Source: Pseudomonadota bacterium
GTDB lineage: Bacteria > Pseudomonadota > Gammaproteobacteria > Pseudomonadales > JADFDG01
Assembly (NCBI GenBank): GCA_049324495.1
Contig: JBMOOP010000027.1
Coordinates: 30,623-94,622 of the forward strand
Length of the DNA stretch: 64,000 nt
Direction: 5' to 3'
The position numbers and the translations under genes are program-made. Under the pieces are notes generated by a model, which searched no databases, was not told the DNA's origin, and worked only from the letters and a program-made list of their open reading frames with translations. The stretch's first letter is position 1. Every line of letters starts with the position of its first letter. This document shows positions 47,153 to 57,929 of the stretch, piece after piece.

Positions 47153-48430
47153 CTACTTGCGCAAATCGCTCTGCGGGCACTGGTCGGCAATTTCCCACAG
47201 CACCTTGAACCAGGGCACAAAATGCGGGCCCACCAGCGGTTTGCCGGTGGTGAGCAGCGCGGCGGAGAGTTCCCGTTCCGGGTCGGCCCAGGCCAGGATG
47301 TTGGCGAAGCCGAGGTGGCCGTAAGCCTGTTCGGTGGAAGGGCCCATCAGGCCGAACGGTTTGCTGCCGAGCATCATCCCCATGCTATAGCGCATCGGCA
47401 TCATCAGTGTCCGGTCGAGTTCGACTTTGCCGGCTTCCATCACCGCGCGATGCACGGTGAGTGGATCAAAAACGTGCACCCCATCGAGCGTGCCGCCCTG
47501 GCGCAGCAACTCGAAGAAGCGCGATGTTTCTTCAGCGGTGGCGCAGATATTGCCGGCCGGAATGATCGCCTGCAGCCAGCGCGGGTCGTTTGAGACGTCG
47601 ATTGCTTCTTCCAGATCGCCACCGAGCACGTGCTTGATGTAGCGATTGAACGGAAACATCGGCTTCATGCCGGTGAAATAATTCAGTGCAATTTTGTGCG
47701 CGTCGGTGGGATCAGCGCCGTAGTTGAAATAGCGCATGCCCAGCGGTTTCTGGATCACGTCGCGCAATATGTCGCGCACGCTGCGGCCGGAGGCGCGCGC
47801 CACGATCTCGGCGAGGATGAAGCCGCCGGTAATCGCGTGGTAGGCCAGACGCCTGCCACCCGGTGATACCGGGCGTGCATTGCAGAGCATGTGCATGACG
47901 GCGTCGTGGTCGAACATCACCGTCGGATCGATGGCGCCCTCCAGGCGCGGGACGCCGCCGCGATGCGACAGCAGGTGCTGAATGGTGGTGTTTTCCTTGC
48001 CGTGATTGGCGAATTCGGGAATGTAGTGGGCGATCGGATCGAGCAGGTTGATCTTGCCTTCCTGCGCCAACCAGTGCACCAACATGGCCGTTACCGCCTT
48101 CGATGCCGAGAACAGGCAGACGGGGGTGGCGGGTGTGAGCAGCTCTTTTTCTGTATAGGCGTCGTCCTGCGGACCGTTGCCGCGGGCGTGGCCGATGGCA
48201 CGGTTGAGGACGATCTGGCCGCGATAGCGCAGGCACAGCGAGATGCCCGGACTCATGCCGGTGCGATAAAGCGCCTCAGTGCGCTCCCAGATGCGATCAA
48301 TGGCGTCGGTGGCCAGGCCGAGGTCGTCGGCACGCACTTCCCTGTGCGCATCGCGAGTGGTGACGCAGGCGAGGTCGTCCGGGACCTTGCAGCGGTGCAA
48401 GGAGAGGTCGATGCGGGGCAGGACTGCCAT
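47153..48430 (-). CDS. serine hydrolase, beta-lactamase/esterase (class C-like) family
   Basis: SxxK motif FSASKAVTAM and YSMG-type downstream motifs. ATG 48430 with a GGAG RBS. The longer ORF start is unlikely. Confidence 0.82.
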   Translation of the reverse strand: MAVLPRIDLSLHRCKVPDDLACVTTRDAHREVRADDLGLATDAIDRIWERTEALYRTGMSPGISLCLRYRGQIVLNRAIGHARGNGPQDDAYTEKELLTPATPVCLFSASKAVTAMLVHWLAQEGKINLLDPIAHYIPEFANHGKENTTIQHLLSHRGGVPRLEGAIDPTVMFDHDAVMHMLCNARPVSPGGRRLAYHAITGGFILAEIVARASGRSVRDILRDVIQKPLGMRYFNYGADPTDAHKIALNYFTGMKPMFPFNRYIKHVLGGDLEEAIDVSNDPRWLQAIIPAGNICATAEETSRFFELLRQGGTLDGVHVFDPLTVHRAVMEAGKVELDRTLMMPMRYSMGMMLGSKPFGLMGPSTEQAYGHLGFANILAWADPERELSAALLTTGKPLVGPHFVPWFKVLWEIADQCPQSDLRK

Positions 48431-48617
48431 GGGAGACTCCTGGGCTGGCGGGGGACATGATTCGAGGCAGCGGGGGTTATAGCAGCCCGGTCCGGGCGCT
48501 GTCACACGGAGCCGACAATTGTCGGCTTGCCGCCTGGCGGTGGCGTGGCTACCGTGCAGGGATTGTGTCCAACCGGGTACCCGCTTCCGGGCACCCCGCC
48601 CCACAGGAGGCTGCACC

Positions 48618-48935
48618 ATGAGCGATAACGGCGAACGCGAATTTCACAGTTTCCGGGAGTTCTACCCGTTCTATCTTGCTGAGCATGGGCACCCCACCTC
48701 ACGGCGCCTGCATTTCATTGGCACCTTGAGTGCACTGGCACTCGCCAGTTTTGCGCTGGCAACGCAGCAGTGGGTATTTCTGTGGTTGCTGCCGGTGGTG
48801 GGTTACGGGTTCGCCTGGGTTGGCCACTTTGTGTTTGAACGCAACCGACCGGCAACTTTCAAGTGGCCGCGCTACAGTCTGATGGGCGATTTTGTGATGT
48901 TCAAGGACATCCTCACCGGGCGTATCGACTGGTGA
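48618..48935 (+). CDS. DUF962 (Mpo1-like) membrane protein
   Basis: FREFYPFYLAEHGHPTSRRLHFIGT...GYGFAWVGHFVFERNRPATFKWP. Confidence 0.85.
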   Translation: MSDNGEREFHSFREFYPFYLAEHGHPTSRRLHFIGTLSALALASFALATQQWVFLWLLPVVGYGFAWVGHFVFERNRPATFKWPRYSLMGDFVMFKDILTGRIDW

Positions 48936-49624
48936 TTTTCCTGCGACGTTTTTTGTTGTGTACCCTGTTGCTGTCAATTGCCTGGCAGTCGGCTTTTGCC
49001 GTGCCCGCCAACGAGGCAGCGTGGCGTCTGGTCAGCAATAAGCAAGGCATCAAGGTTTACATGCAGCATCGCGAGGGTTCGCGGTTGAAGACGTTTCGCG
49101 GCGTCACGGTCATGCAGGTAAACGACTGGCAGGCGATCGGTGCGGTGATCAACGACTACGCCAATGCGCCGCGCTGGTTGCAGTACGTCTCCTCGGTGCA
49201 GGAATTCGGGCGGCACAGTCCGCTTGATCGCGACCTGATTTTCCAAACCGAGTTGCCTTGGCCGGTGGCCGATCGCGAAGCGGTGGTACGTGCCCATGGC
49301 TGGACACCGCCGGGCACCTACGATCTGGCGATCCGTTTCGAAAATGCGCCCGGATTGCTGCCACCCAATGAAGATTACGTGCGTTGCCCGGCGTTCAATG
49401 CCCGATTCGATTTCCACTGGCTCGGCGGCAAGCAGGTGCAGGTTGTTTATGAAATGGTTCTTGATCCCGGCGGCTACATCCCGGAGTGGATTGCCAACAT
49501 TCTGCTCCAGGATGCGCCATTTATCACCCTCAAGCGCCTCGCGAAAGTGATCAATCATCCCGAATACCAAGGCCAGCATCTCGACTACATTGTCGCGCCG
49601 CCTGATTTCGGTGTGGAACGCTGA
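48932..49624 (+). CDS. START/SRPBCC lipid-binding domain protein (secreted)
   Basis: The GTG start overlaps the upstream stop (GTGA). Signal peptide FLLCTLLLSIAWQSAFA. WRLVSNKQGIKVY...FRGV START-like pattern. Confidence 0.7.
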   Translation: MIFLRRFLLCTLLLSIAWQSAFAVPANEAAWRLVSNKQGIKVYMQHREGSRLKTFRGVTVMQVNDWQAIGAVINDYANAPRWLQYVSSVQEFGRHSPLDRDLIFQTELPWPVADREAVVRAHGWTPPGTYDLAIRFENAPGLLPPNEDYVRCPAFNARFDFHWLGGKQVQVVYEMVLDPGGYIPEWIANILLQDAPFITLKRLAKVINHPEYQGQHLDYIVAPPDFGVER

Positions 49625-49647
49625 GCATTTTTCCGGGTGCGAATTTT

Positions 49648-50304
49648 CTACCGCAGTGAGCGGATTTCCCAGCCGCGTTGCTTTGCTGCGGCACGCAAGG
49701 CGTCATTTGGATCCACGGCAATGGGCGTGGCAACCATTTCCAGCAGCGGCAAATCCGTGTGCGAATCTGAATAACACACGCTGCCATCCAGTGTGTGTGG
49801 ATGTTTTCTGATCCATTCGCGCAAACGCATGACCTTGCCTTCGCGATAACAGGGTGTGCCGGCGACGCGGCCGGTGTAACGGCCGTGCGCGAATTCTGCT
49901 GTCGTTGCGAGCAGGGTGTGCACGCCGAAGCGCTCGGCGATCGGCCGGGTCACGAAATCATTGGTGGCGGTGATGATCAGCAGGGTATCGCCGGCACGGC
50001 GGTGTTCATTCACCAGCGCGAGTGCTTTTGGTAGCACCAGCGGCTCGATTTTTTCCTGCATGAATTCGTGATGCCAGCGCCGCAACTGATCATGCGTATG
50101 TTCGCCCAGCACCTGCAGGGCGAAAGCGAGGTAGGCGTGAATGTCGAGTTTCCCGGCGCAGTAATCTGCGTAAAAACGGTCGTTGGTATCCTTGTAGTAC
50201 TGCCCATTGACGATGCCGCGCTCGACGAGGAAGTCGCCCCAGGCGTGATCCGAGTCGCCGGCGAGCAGCGTATTGTCGAGATCGAACAGGGCGAGGCGGG
50301 TCAT
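49648..50304 (-). CDS. HAD-IB family hydrolase
   Basis: LALFDLDNTLLAGDSD motif I, IITATNDF, and YSDSHTDLPLL motif. Confidence 0.88.
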   Translation of the reverse strand: MTRLALFDLDNTLLAGDSDHAWGDFLVERGIVNGQYYKDTNDRFYADYCAGKLDIHAYLAFALQVLGEHTHDQLRRWHHEFMQEKIEPLVLPKALALVNEHRRAGDTLLIITATNDFVTRPIAERFGVHTLLATTAEFAHGRYTGRVAGTPCYREGKVMRLREWIRKHPHTLDGSVCYSDSHTDLPLLEMVATPIAVDPNDALRAAAKQRGWEIRSLR

Positions 50305-50446
50305 GGTCGGGGCGGTCGGTTGCAGCTAATGAGGGAGATTCATCGGAAGCATGATAACGCGGGCGTACACCGGCTTTCATTGCCCGGCGCGTGCCCATCG
50401 TGTACACATAACCCATTGGCAATCCAACCTCTTTTCCGGTGTCATC

Positions 50447-50932
50447 GTGATCGATTCCGAAGGTTTCCGCCCCAATGTGGGCATCATCGTCTGCAATATC
50501 GAGGGCCAGGTGCTGTGGGCGCGTCGGCGCGGCCACGATGCCTGGCAGTTCCCGCAGGGCGGCATTGCCGGCGGTGAGTCGCCCCAGGAGGCGATGTTCC
50601 GCGAGTTGCATGAGGAGGTCGGCCTGCGTGAAACCGATGTTCGTATCCTTTCCTGCACCCAGGGCTGGCTGCGCTACCACCTGCCGGAGCGGTTCATTCG
50701 CCAGCGCGAGAATCCGCGCTGCATCGGCCAGAAGCAGAAGTGGTTTCTGCTGGAGTTGACCGGCAGCGAGAATGCCATCGATCTGGCGGTCATGCGCAAG
50801 CCGGAGTTCGAGGACTGGACCTGGGTGTCGTACTGGTACCCGTTGAACCAGGTGGTCGATTTCAAACGTAACGTGTATTTGCAGGCATTAAAGCAATTGG
50901 CGCCGGCGTTGCCGGTGCGAAGTCGGGCGTAG
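50447..50932 (+). CDS. rppH: RNA pyrophosphohydrolase
   Basis: (V)[26 protein letters not shown] and Nudix box [23 protein letters not shown]. The GTG start is chosen by alignment to E. coli MIDDDGYRPNVG. Confidence 0.9.
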   Translation: MIDSEGFRPNVGIIVCNIEGQVLWARRRGHDAWQFPQGGIAGGESPQEAMFRELHEEVGLRETDVRILSCTQGWLRYHLPERFIRQRENPRCIGQKQKWFLLELTGSENAIDLAVMRKPEFEDWTWVSYWYPLNQVVDFKRNVYLQALKQLAPALPVRSRA

Positions 50933-50965
50933 GCCGGTTTACAGCGGGCTGCAAGGGAGAACATC

Positions 50966-53248
50966 GTGCTTGAAGTTTTGCGGCGTATTGTCCAGGAAGT
51001 GAATTCTGCGCCCGACGTGCCGTCGGCGTTGGCGGTGCTGGTGCGGCGCGTGCGCGATGCGATGGGCACCGAGGTGTGTTCTGTCTATCTGCTTGACGAG
51101 GCCGCCAGTCGCTGGGTGCTGATGGCGACCGAGGGTTTGAAGAAGGAAGCGATCGGCAAGGCAACGATGGGCATTGCCGAAGGCCTGGTTGGCCAGGTTG
51201 GTTTGCGCGAAGAACCGATCAACCTGGAAGATGCTTTCACGCACCCGAAATTTCAGTACCTGCCGGAAGTTGGCGAGGAAGCTTTTCATGCTTTCCTCGG
51301 CGTGCCGGTGGTGAACCAGGGCAAAACGCTTGGTGTGTTGATTGTGCAACAGCGGGAGTGCCGTCGCTTCGATCAGAGCGAGGAATCGTTTCTCGTCACC
51401 ATTGGCGCGCAGTTGTCCGGTCTGGTTGCGCATGCGCGTGCTACCGCGCGTGCTGCGGCGATAGCCGAGTTTACGCCCGAGCACGACAAAGTTTTTATCG
51501 GTGTTGCCGGCAGCCCCGGCGCGGCGATCGGTACGGCGAAGGTGATCTACCCGCCGGCCGATCTGGAATCGGTGCCGGATCGCGCCATCGAGGAGATCGA
51601 CAAGGAACTCAAGCGCCTCGACAGTGCATTGATGACCGTGCGCACCGAGGTGCGCAAACTCGGTGAGCGCGTTGCCGGGCAACTCAAGCCCGAAGAGCAC
51701 GCGTTGTTCGATGTCTGGCTGCGCATGCTCGACAAGAACGCGCTCGGTGGCGAGATCGCCGCAAAGGTGCGTGAAGGCAATTGGGCCGAGGGCGCATTGC
51801 GTGCGGTGATCGGCACCCATGTTGATTCGTTCGAGCGCATGGATGATGCCTACTTGAGAGAACGTGCTGCCGACGTGCGTGATCTGGGTTTGCGCGTGCT
51901 GGCGCAATTGCAGGCACGCGCTACTCCAACCGGCGACGACTTTCCCGAGGACACCATCATCCTTGCTGATGAGATGAGTGCCACGACGCTGATGGACTTG
52001 CCGCGCGAGAAAATTCGCGCGATAGCCACAATCCGCGGTTCTGCGACCTCGCACATGGCGATCGTCGCACGCACCATGGGCATCCCCACAGTGTTGGGTC
52101 TTGCCGATCTGCCGATGACGCAGATCGATGGCCAGAAGATGATCGTCGACGGATTCCGTGGCCGGGTGATCGTGGCGCCGGGTCGCGAATTTCGCAAACA
52201 GTACAAGCAGATCATCAAGGATGAGCAGAGTCTCATCCGCGAACTTGAGCCGTTGCGCAATCTACCGTCGGTCACCCAGGATGGCCACCATATTTCGCTG
52301 ATGGTGAATACCGGCCTGCTGGCTGATGTGCAGCGCTCCCTCGGGCGCGGCGCAGAGGGCGTCGGCCTGTACCGCACCGAGATTCCGTTCATGGTGCGTG
52401 ACCGATTCCCGACCGAGGAAGACCAGCGTCAGATATACCGCACGCAACTTGAGGCATTTCATCCGCACCCGGTGGTCATGCGTACGCTCGATGTCGGTGG
52501 CGACAAAATGCTGCCGTATTTTCCGGTGGAAGAAACCAACCCTTTCCTCGGCTGGCGCGGTATTCGCATCACGCTCGATCACCCGGAAATTTTCCTGGTC
52601 CAGGTGCGGGCGATGCTCAAGGCGAGCGAGAAGCTCAACAACCTGCGTATCCTGGTGCCGATGATCACCACGGTATTCGAAGCCGAAGAAGCGATGCATT
52701 TGGTGCATCGCGCCTGGCTGGAAGTGCGGGAGGAAGGTGTTGATGTCGAGATGCCGCCGCTGGGCGTGATGATCGAGGTGCCGGCGGCTGTCTACCAGGC
52801 ACGGGAACTGGCGCAGCGCGTCGATTTCCTGTCGGTCGGCTCGAATGACCTCACCCAGTACATTCTCGCTGTCGATCGCAACAACCCGCGGGTTGCCGGT
52901 CTGTATACCGGCTTCCATCCGGCGGTGCTCGCGGCGCTGAAGCATGTGGTTGAGGCCGGCCATGCCGAGGGCAAGTCGGTGAGCATTTGTGGCGAACTCG
53001 CGGGCGACCCGCTCGCGACGCCATTACTGATGGCGATGGGGTTTGACTCGCTGTCGATGAACGCCAGCAGCCTGTTGAAAGTGAAGTGGGTGGTGCGCAA
53101 TTCAACGCTGACCGATTCGCGTGCGTTGCTGGCCGATGTGAGCGCGATGGATAATGCCGAGGTTATCCAGTCGCATCTGGGTCTGGTGCTGCAGCAGCGC
53201 GGTATGGGGTTGGTGCTGGCGCGCAAGGACAAAGGTGCGGCCGCCTAA
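50966..53248 (+). CDS. ptsP: phosphoenolpyruvate-protein phosphotransferase PtsP (EI-Ntr, N-terminal GAF)
   Basis: (M)LEVLRRIVQEVNSAPD GAF N-terminus, phospho-His region GSATSHMAIVARTMGIP, and GSNDLTQY. Confidence 0.95.
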   Translation: MLEVLRRIVQEVNSAPDVPSALAVLVRRVRDAMGTEVCSVYLLDEAASRWVLMATEGLKKEAIGKATMGIAEGLVGQVGLREEPINLEDAFTHPKFQYLPEVGEEAFHAFLGVPVVNQGKTLGVLIVQQRECRRFDQSEESFLVTIGAQLSGLVAHARATARAAAIAEFTPEHDKVFIGVAGSPGAAIGTAKVIYPPADLESVPDRAIEEIDKELKRLDSALMTVRTEVRKLGERVAGQLKPEEHALFDVWLRMLDKNALGGEIAAKVREGNWAEGALRAVIGTHVDSFERMDDAYLRERAADVRDLGLRVLAQLQARATPTGDDFPEDTIILADEMSATTLMDLPREKIRAIATIRGSATSHMAIVARTMGIPTVLGLADLPMTQIDGQKMIVDGFRGRVIVAPGREFRKQYKQIIKDEQSLIRELEPLRNLPSVTQDGHHISLMVNTGLLADVQRSLGRGAEGVGLYRTEIPFMVRDRFPTEEDQRQIYRTQLEAFHPHPVVMRTLDVGGDKMLPYFPVEETNPFLGWRGIRITLDHPEIFLVQVRAMLKASEKLNNLRILVPMITTVFEAEEAMHLVHRAWLEVREEGVDVEMPPLGVMIEVPAAVYQARELAQRVDFLSVGSNDLTQYILAVDRNNPRVAGLYTGFHPAVLAALKHVVEAGHAEGKSVSICGELAGDPLATPLLMAMGFDSLSMNASSLLKVKWVVRNSTLTDSRALLADVSAMDNAEVIQSHLGLVLQQRGMGLVLARKDKGAAA

Positions 53249-53706
53249 AGCACGCCTGCATCAAGTCCGGCGGCAACGTACATTCCCATCTCCTGCGCCT
53301 GCGCAACAAATTCCTCTTGCCACTCGCCGCGCAGCATGAGCGGTTGCTGCGCCATTTGCCAGCGTAACCCGGTGAGAATGGATTCCAGGGCGCGTCGCGT
53401 GCCGGTGCCGTCGTGGCCGGCGCGAATGACGATCGCGCAGGGCAGACCCTGTTTTTCTTCCAGCACCGGATAGTAGCTGCGATCGAAGAAATCCTTCAAT
53501 GCGCCGCTCATGTAACCGAGATTTTCGGTGGTGAACAGGATGATGGCATCGCAGGCGCGGATATCGTCCGGGCCGGCTTCAAGTGCGGGTTTATGCACGA
53601 CAGCCACGGTGTCGATATCCGGATGCTGTGCACCGTGCAGGATCGCCGCAACGAGACGCTGCGTGTTGGGCGATGGCGTATGGGCGACGATCAGCAGGCG
53701 CTTCAT
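53245..53706 (-). CDS. flavodoxin-like fold NAD(P)H-dependent oxidoreductase
   Basis: MKRLLIVAHTPSPNTQRLVAAI...AIILFTTENLGYMSGALKDFFDR. Its stop overlaps the ptsP stop. Confidence 0.75.
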   Translation of the reverse strand: MKRLLIVAHTPSPNTQRLVAAILHGAQHPDIDTVAVVHKPALEAGPDDIRACDAIILFTTENLGYMSGALKDFFDRSYYPVLEEKQGLPCAIVIRAGHDGTGTRRALESILTGLRWQMAQQPLMLRGEWQEEFVAQAQEMGMYVAAGLDAGVL

Positions 53707-54194
53707 GGGGACCCCTTTAGATAGCCCAGCGGCAGAGCGGTGGTATCGATCACGCGCCGCATCACGAAACTCGAATGCACACCGGTCACGCCCTCGATAC
53801 GCGTGATCTTGTTGAGCAGGAATTCCTGATAGATGTCCATGTCCGGCACTACCACCATCAGCAAGTAGTCGGCGCTCTGGCCGGTAATCAGGAAGCACGA
53901 CTGCACTTCGGGGAATTGCTGCACCGTCGTTTCGAAATGCGCGAAGCGCTCCGGTGTATGCCGATCCATGGAAATCTGGATCAGTGCGGTGAGCGACAGG
54001 CCGAGCTTTTTGCGGTCAAGCAGGGTGACGTGCCTGCCGATGACGCCGGCTTCCTCAAGGGCTTTTACCCGTCGCAGGCAGGGTGACGGGGAGAGCCCCA
54101 CGCGGGTGGCGAGGTCCTGGTTGGTGAGGCTCCCGTCCTGCTGAAGTTCTTCGAGGATGCGGCGGTCGATGCGGTCAGGGTTGAAGTCTGGCAT
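53703..54194 (-). CDS. Lrp/AsnC family transcriptional regulator
   Basis: DRIDRRILEELQQDGSLTNQDLATRVGLSPSPCLRRVKALEEAGVI. Divergent from leuA. Confidence 0.92.
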   Translation of the reverse strand: MPDFNPDRIDRRILEELQQDGSLTNQDLATRVGLSPSPCLRRVKALEEAGVIGRHVTLLDRKKLGLSLTALIQISMDRHTPERFAHFETTVQQFPEVQSCFLITGQSADYLLMVVVPDMDIYQEFLLNKITRIEGVTGVHSSFVMRRVIDTTALPLGYLKGSP

Positions 54195-54235
54195 TCCAAA
54201 TATGCCCATATTTGACAGATTTGCGCAATATTACG

Positions 54236-54256
54236 CCAATTTTTATAAAAAATTGG
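54236..54256. promoter_or_regulatory. AT-rich near-palindrome in the lrp-like/leuA divergent promoter region
   Basis: CCAATTTTTATAAAAAATTGG stands out in 64%-GC DNA. It is a plausible Lrp-type or promoter element. Function not shown. Confidence 0.3.
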
Positions 54257-54332
54257 GCGAATAAACAACAATATTGTGGGTGTCTGCGCCTAGACTGTTC
54301 CTTCTCAATCGCCTTGCCGACGAGCCCTTGCC

Positions 54333-55985
54333 ATGCGCTACGACCACCGCAAGTACACCGCCTTCAAACCCATCCCGCGCCCGCAGCGTTGCTGGCCGGA
54401 CCGGGTTATCGACCGCGCGCCCGACTGGTGTGCGGTTGATCTGCGCGACGGCAACCAGGCGCTGGTAAAGCCGATGTCGGTTGCGCAGAAAACACGCCTG
54501 TTCAGGTTGCTGGTCGACATCGGCTGCAAGGAAATCGAGGTGGGTTTTCCGGCCGCGTCGCAACCGGATTTCGATTTCGTGCGGAAAATCATCACTGAAA
54601 ATCTCGTGCCGGATGACGTCACCCTGCAAGTGCTCACCCAGGCACGCGAGGAGTTGATAGCCCGCAGCTTCGCAGCACTGCGCGGTGCGAAACAGGCCAA
54701 TATCCATCTGTACAACTCGACATCGACCGTGCAGCGCGAGCGTGTATTCGGGCTCGATCGCGCGGCCATCAAGGCCATTGCCGTGCAGGGCGCAACCTGG
54801 GTGCAAGAGATGGCGGCGCAACAGCCGGAAACACAGTGGGAATTCCAGTATTCACCGGAGAGCTTCACTGGCACCGAGCTCGATTACGCGGCGGAAGTAG
54901 TCAATGCGGTGATCGGCGTGTGGCAGCCGCAGCATGGCCGGAAAGTCGTGATCAATCTGCCGGCGACGGTGGAGATGAGCACGCCGAACGTCTACGCAGA
55001 CATGATCGAGTGGATGGGCGAGCACATCGATCATCGTGACAAATTGCGGATCAGTTTGCACACGCACAACGACCGGGGTTGTGGCGTGGCCGCCGCAGAA
55101 CTTGGCGTGCTGGCCGGCGCGGATCGTGTTGAGGGCACGCTGCTGGGTAACGGCGAGCGAACCGGCAACATGGATATTGTCACCATGGCCATGAACCTCT
55201 ATTCGCAGGGTGTCGATCCGCGCCTCGATTTCTCCGACATGCGCCGCATCATCGATACGGTGGAGTACTGCACGGAAATCCGAACGCATCCGCGCCATGC
55301 CTATGCCGGCGAATTGGTGTTCACCGCGTTCAGCGGCAGCCATCAGGATGCGATCCGCAAGTCGCTGGCGAAACAGCGCGCTGATGAACCCTGGCAGGTC
55401 GCCTATTTGCCGATCGATCCGCGCGATCTGGGGCGTCGCTACGAGGAGATGGTGCGCATCAACAGCCAGTCCGGCAAGGGCGGCGTGCTGTATGTGCTGG
55501 AGCGTGATTTCGGCATCACCTTGCCACGCTGGCTGCAAATCGAATTCTCGAAGGTTGTGCAGCTTGCCGCTGAGTGCAGTGGCGGTGAGGTCGAGGGCGC
55601 AGCAATCCGCAGTCTGTTCGACAGTGCTTACGTCACCGTGTCGGCGGACTGGCAGTTGGGCGATTACGCTATCCGGCGCGACGGCGCGCATGTGCACTTG
55701 CAGGTGAATGTCGACGGTGAGGTACTTGTCGGGGATGGCCAGGGTGCGGTCGAGGCGCTGATGGGTGCGCTTAAACACGCGCGCGGCGTCAGTGCTGTCG
55801 TCGAGTCATTCGACGAGTATGCGCTTGGCAGTGACACTCAAGCGCGGGCGATGGCATGCGTGCGCGTGCGGGTGGGTGACGATGTGAGCGTCGGCGTCGC
55901 GTTGGGCGCAGACACTACCAGCGCAACGCTACAGGCCGTCCTCTCTGCGCTGGGCCGTCAACCGACCGTGCGTGCCGCCGCGTGA
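54333..55985 (+). CDS. leuA: 2-isopropylmalate synthase (long LeuA2 type)
   Basis: WCAVDLRDGNQAL, HTHNDRGCGVA, and GNGERTGN. Confidence 0.93.
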   Translation: MRYDHRKYTAFKPIPRPQRCWPDRVIDRAPDWCAVDLRDGNQALVKPMSVAQKTRLFRLLVDIGCKEIEVGFPAASQPDFDFVRKIITENLVPDDVTLQVLTQAREELIARSFAALRGAKQANIHLYNSTSTVQRERVFGLDRAAIKAIAVQGATWVQEMAAQQPETQWEFQYSPESFTGTELDYAAEVVNAVIGVWQPQHGRKVVINLPATVEMSTPNVYADMIEWMGEHIDHRDKLRISLHTHNDRGCGVAAAELGVLAGADRVEGTLLGNGERTGNMDIVTMAMNLYSQGVDPRLDFSDMRRIIDTVEYCTEIRTHPRHAYAGELVFTAFSGSHQDAIRKSLAKQRADEPWQVAYLPIDPRDLGRRYEEMVRINSQSGKGGVLYVLERDFGITLPRWLQIEFSKVVQLAAECSGGEVEGAAIRSLFDSAYVTVSADWQLGDYAIRRDGAHVHLQVNVDGEVLVGDGQGAVEALMGALKHARGVSAVVESFDEYALGSDTQARAMACVRVRVGDDVSVGVALGADTTSATLQAVLSALGRQPTVRAAA

Positions 55986-56007
55986 GGGTGTGAGGCGAGT
56001 CTTTTGG

Positions 56008-57624
56008 TCACAGGCGCTGCTCCGGAACCAGCACCGAATCCTGTGCTTGCGGCAACAATTCCGGATAATCCAGCGTGTAATGCAGCCCGCGGCTTTCCTT
56101 GCGCAGTTGCGCGCAGCGGATGATCAACTCGGCCACCTGCGCGAGGTTGCGCAACTCGATCAGGTCGGACGTGACCTTGTAGTTGCGGTAGTAGTCGTGG
56201 ATTTCCTGGCGCAGCAGTTGCGCGCGATTGAGCGCGCGCTGCAGGCGTTTATCGGTGCGCACGATACCCACGTAGTCCCACATGAAGCGGCGAATCTCGT
56301 CCCAGTTGTGGGCGATTACCACATCCTCGTCCGAGTCGGTCACCTGCGATTCGTCCCACGGTCGCACCGGTTGTGGTGCCGGCACGCTACCGAGCTGGGC
56401 GATGATGTCTTCGCTGGCGGCGCGACCGAACACGAAACACTCCAGCAGTGAGTTCGATGCCATGCGGTTGGCGCCATGCAGACCGGTGCAGGAGGTCTCG
56501 CCGATGGCGTACAGGCCGTCGACATCGGTGTGGCCCTTGAGATCGGTGACAACACCGCCGCAGGTGTAGTGCGCTGCCGGTACCACCGGAATGGGTTGCC
56601 TGGTGATGTCGATGCCCAGCGACAGGCACCTGGCGTAGATCGTCGGGAAGTGTTCGATGATGAAGTCCGCCGGCTTGTGTGTGATGTCGAGCAGCACCGA
56701 GTCGAGGCCGAGCCGCTTCATCTCATGGTCGATGGCGCGGGCGACGATGTCGCGCGGTGCAAGCTCGGCGCGGGCATCGAAACGCGGCATGAAACGCTCA
56801 CCGTTGGGCAGTTTCAGCAAACCGCCTTCGCCACGAATTGCTTCGGTGATGAGGAACGATTTCGCGCCGGGGTGGTACAGGCAGGTTGGGTGAAACTGGT
56901 TGAATTCGAGATTGCCGACGCGGCAGCCGGCGCGCCAGGCCATGGCGATGCCGTCGCCGGTGGCGATATCGGGGTTGCTGGTGTAGAGATACGCCTTGCT
57001 GGCGCCGCCGGTGGCGAGTACCACGAAGCGGGCGAGTAGCGGCGTTACCCGGCCGCTGTTTTTATCGAGCACATAGGCGCCGACCGCGCGCTGTTTGCCG
57101 TTTACCGTCTGCACGATCAAATCGATTGCGATCTGATGCTCGCGCACCGTCACTTCCGGGTGTTCGCGCAGCCGGTCGATCAGTGTCGAGGAGATGACCA
57201 GGCCGGTGGCGTCGGCGGCGTGAATGATGCGGCGATGGCTGTGCCCCCCTTCGCGGGTCAGGTGGTAGACCCAGGTGCCATCGGGTTGTGCCTCGGTGGT
57301 GAACGCCACGCCCTGCGCGATCAGCCAGCGGATGGCCGCCGGGCCGTTATTGACGGTGAAATCCACCGCTGTGCGTTTGCACAGGCCGGCACCGGCAATG
57401 AGCGTGTCCTCGACATGCGCGACCAGCGAGTCGGTCTCGTCGAGAACCGCAGCAATACCGCCCTGCGCGTAATAGGTGCTGGCGGCGGTGAGCGCACCCT
57501 TGGACAGTACGCAGACCTTCGCCCGACCGCACAGCCGCAGGGCGGTAGTCAGCCCGGCGGCACCGCTGCCGATGACGAGGACATCGAAGAGCATATCGGT
57601 GCAGTCCGAATCCGTAGTGGTCAT
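56008..57624 (-). CDS. nadB: L-aspartate oxidase
   Basis: [17 protein letters not shown] motif, [13 protein letters not shown], and [12 protein letters not shown]. Confidence 0.94.
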   Translation of the reverse strand: MTTTDSDCTDMLFDVLVIGSGAAGLTTALRLCGRAKVCVLSKGALTAASTYYAQGGIAAVLDETDSLVAHVEDTLIAGAGLCKRTAVDFTVNNGPAAIRWLIAQGVAFTTEAQPDGTWVYHLTREGGHSHRRIIHAADATGLVISSTLIDRLREHPEVTVREHQIAIDLIVQTVNGKQRAVGAYVLDKNSGRVTPLLARFVVLATGGASKAYLYTSNPDIATGDGIAMAWRAGCRVGNLEFNQFHPTCLYHPGAKSFLITEAIRGEGGLLKLPNGERFMPRFDARAELAPRDIVARAIDHEMKRLGLDSVLLDITHKPADFIIEHFPTIYARCLSLGIDITRQPIPVVPAAHYTCGGVVTDLKGHTDVDGLYAIGETSCTGLHGANRMASNSLLECFVFGRAASEDIIAQLGSVPAPQPVRPWDESQVTDSDEDVVIAHNWDEIRRFMWDYVGIVRTDKRLQRALNRAQLLRQEIHDYYRNYKVTSDLIELRNLAQVAELIIRCAQLRKESRGLHYTLDYPELLPQAQDSVLVPEQRL

Positions 57625-57745
57625 GGGAAGTGAGTATCCGGGTCGCAAGGCGGCGAGTATAGCCAGGCACACGCGGTCGGCCGACGTTGCAACGATACTT
57701 TTGTGGCAGTCTGTATACTCCTCGTGCCCGATTGCCAGAATCGCC

Positions 57746-57773
57746 GAACTTTCCCGAAAAATCGGTTGTCAGA
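57746..57773 (+). promoter_or_regulatory. candidate sigma-E/AlgU-dependent autoregulated promoter of rpoE
   Basis: GAACTT (57746-57751), a 17-nt spacer, then TCAGA (57769-57773). Compare the recalled consensus GAACTT-N16/17-TCtgA. It lies 157 nt upstream of the rpoE start. Confidence 0.5.
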
Positions 57774-57929
57774 CGAAGCACCCATCCAGCGAGGCGTCTT
57801 CCGATGGCTGTTGTCATACCACTGCGTCATCCGGGCTCGAACCGGAAGCGCCAGGCACCTGCACTGACACAGATGCCGGTGCAGGCTCCCATCCCGAAAC
57901 CGATTGCCAGCCAGGAAAGCGTGCTGCCC

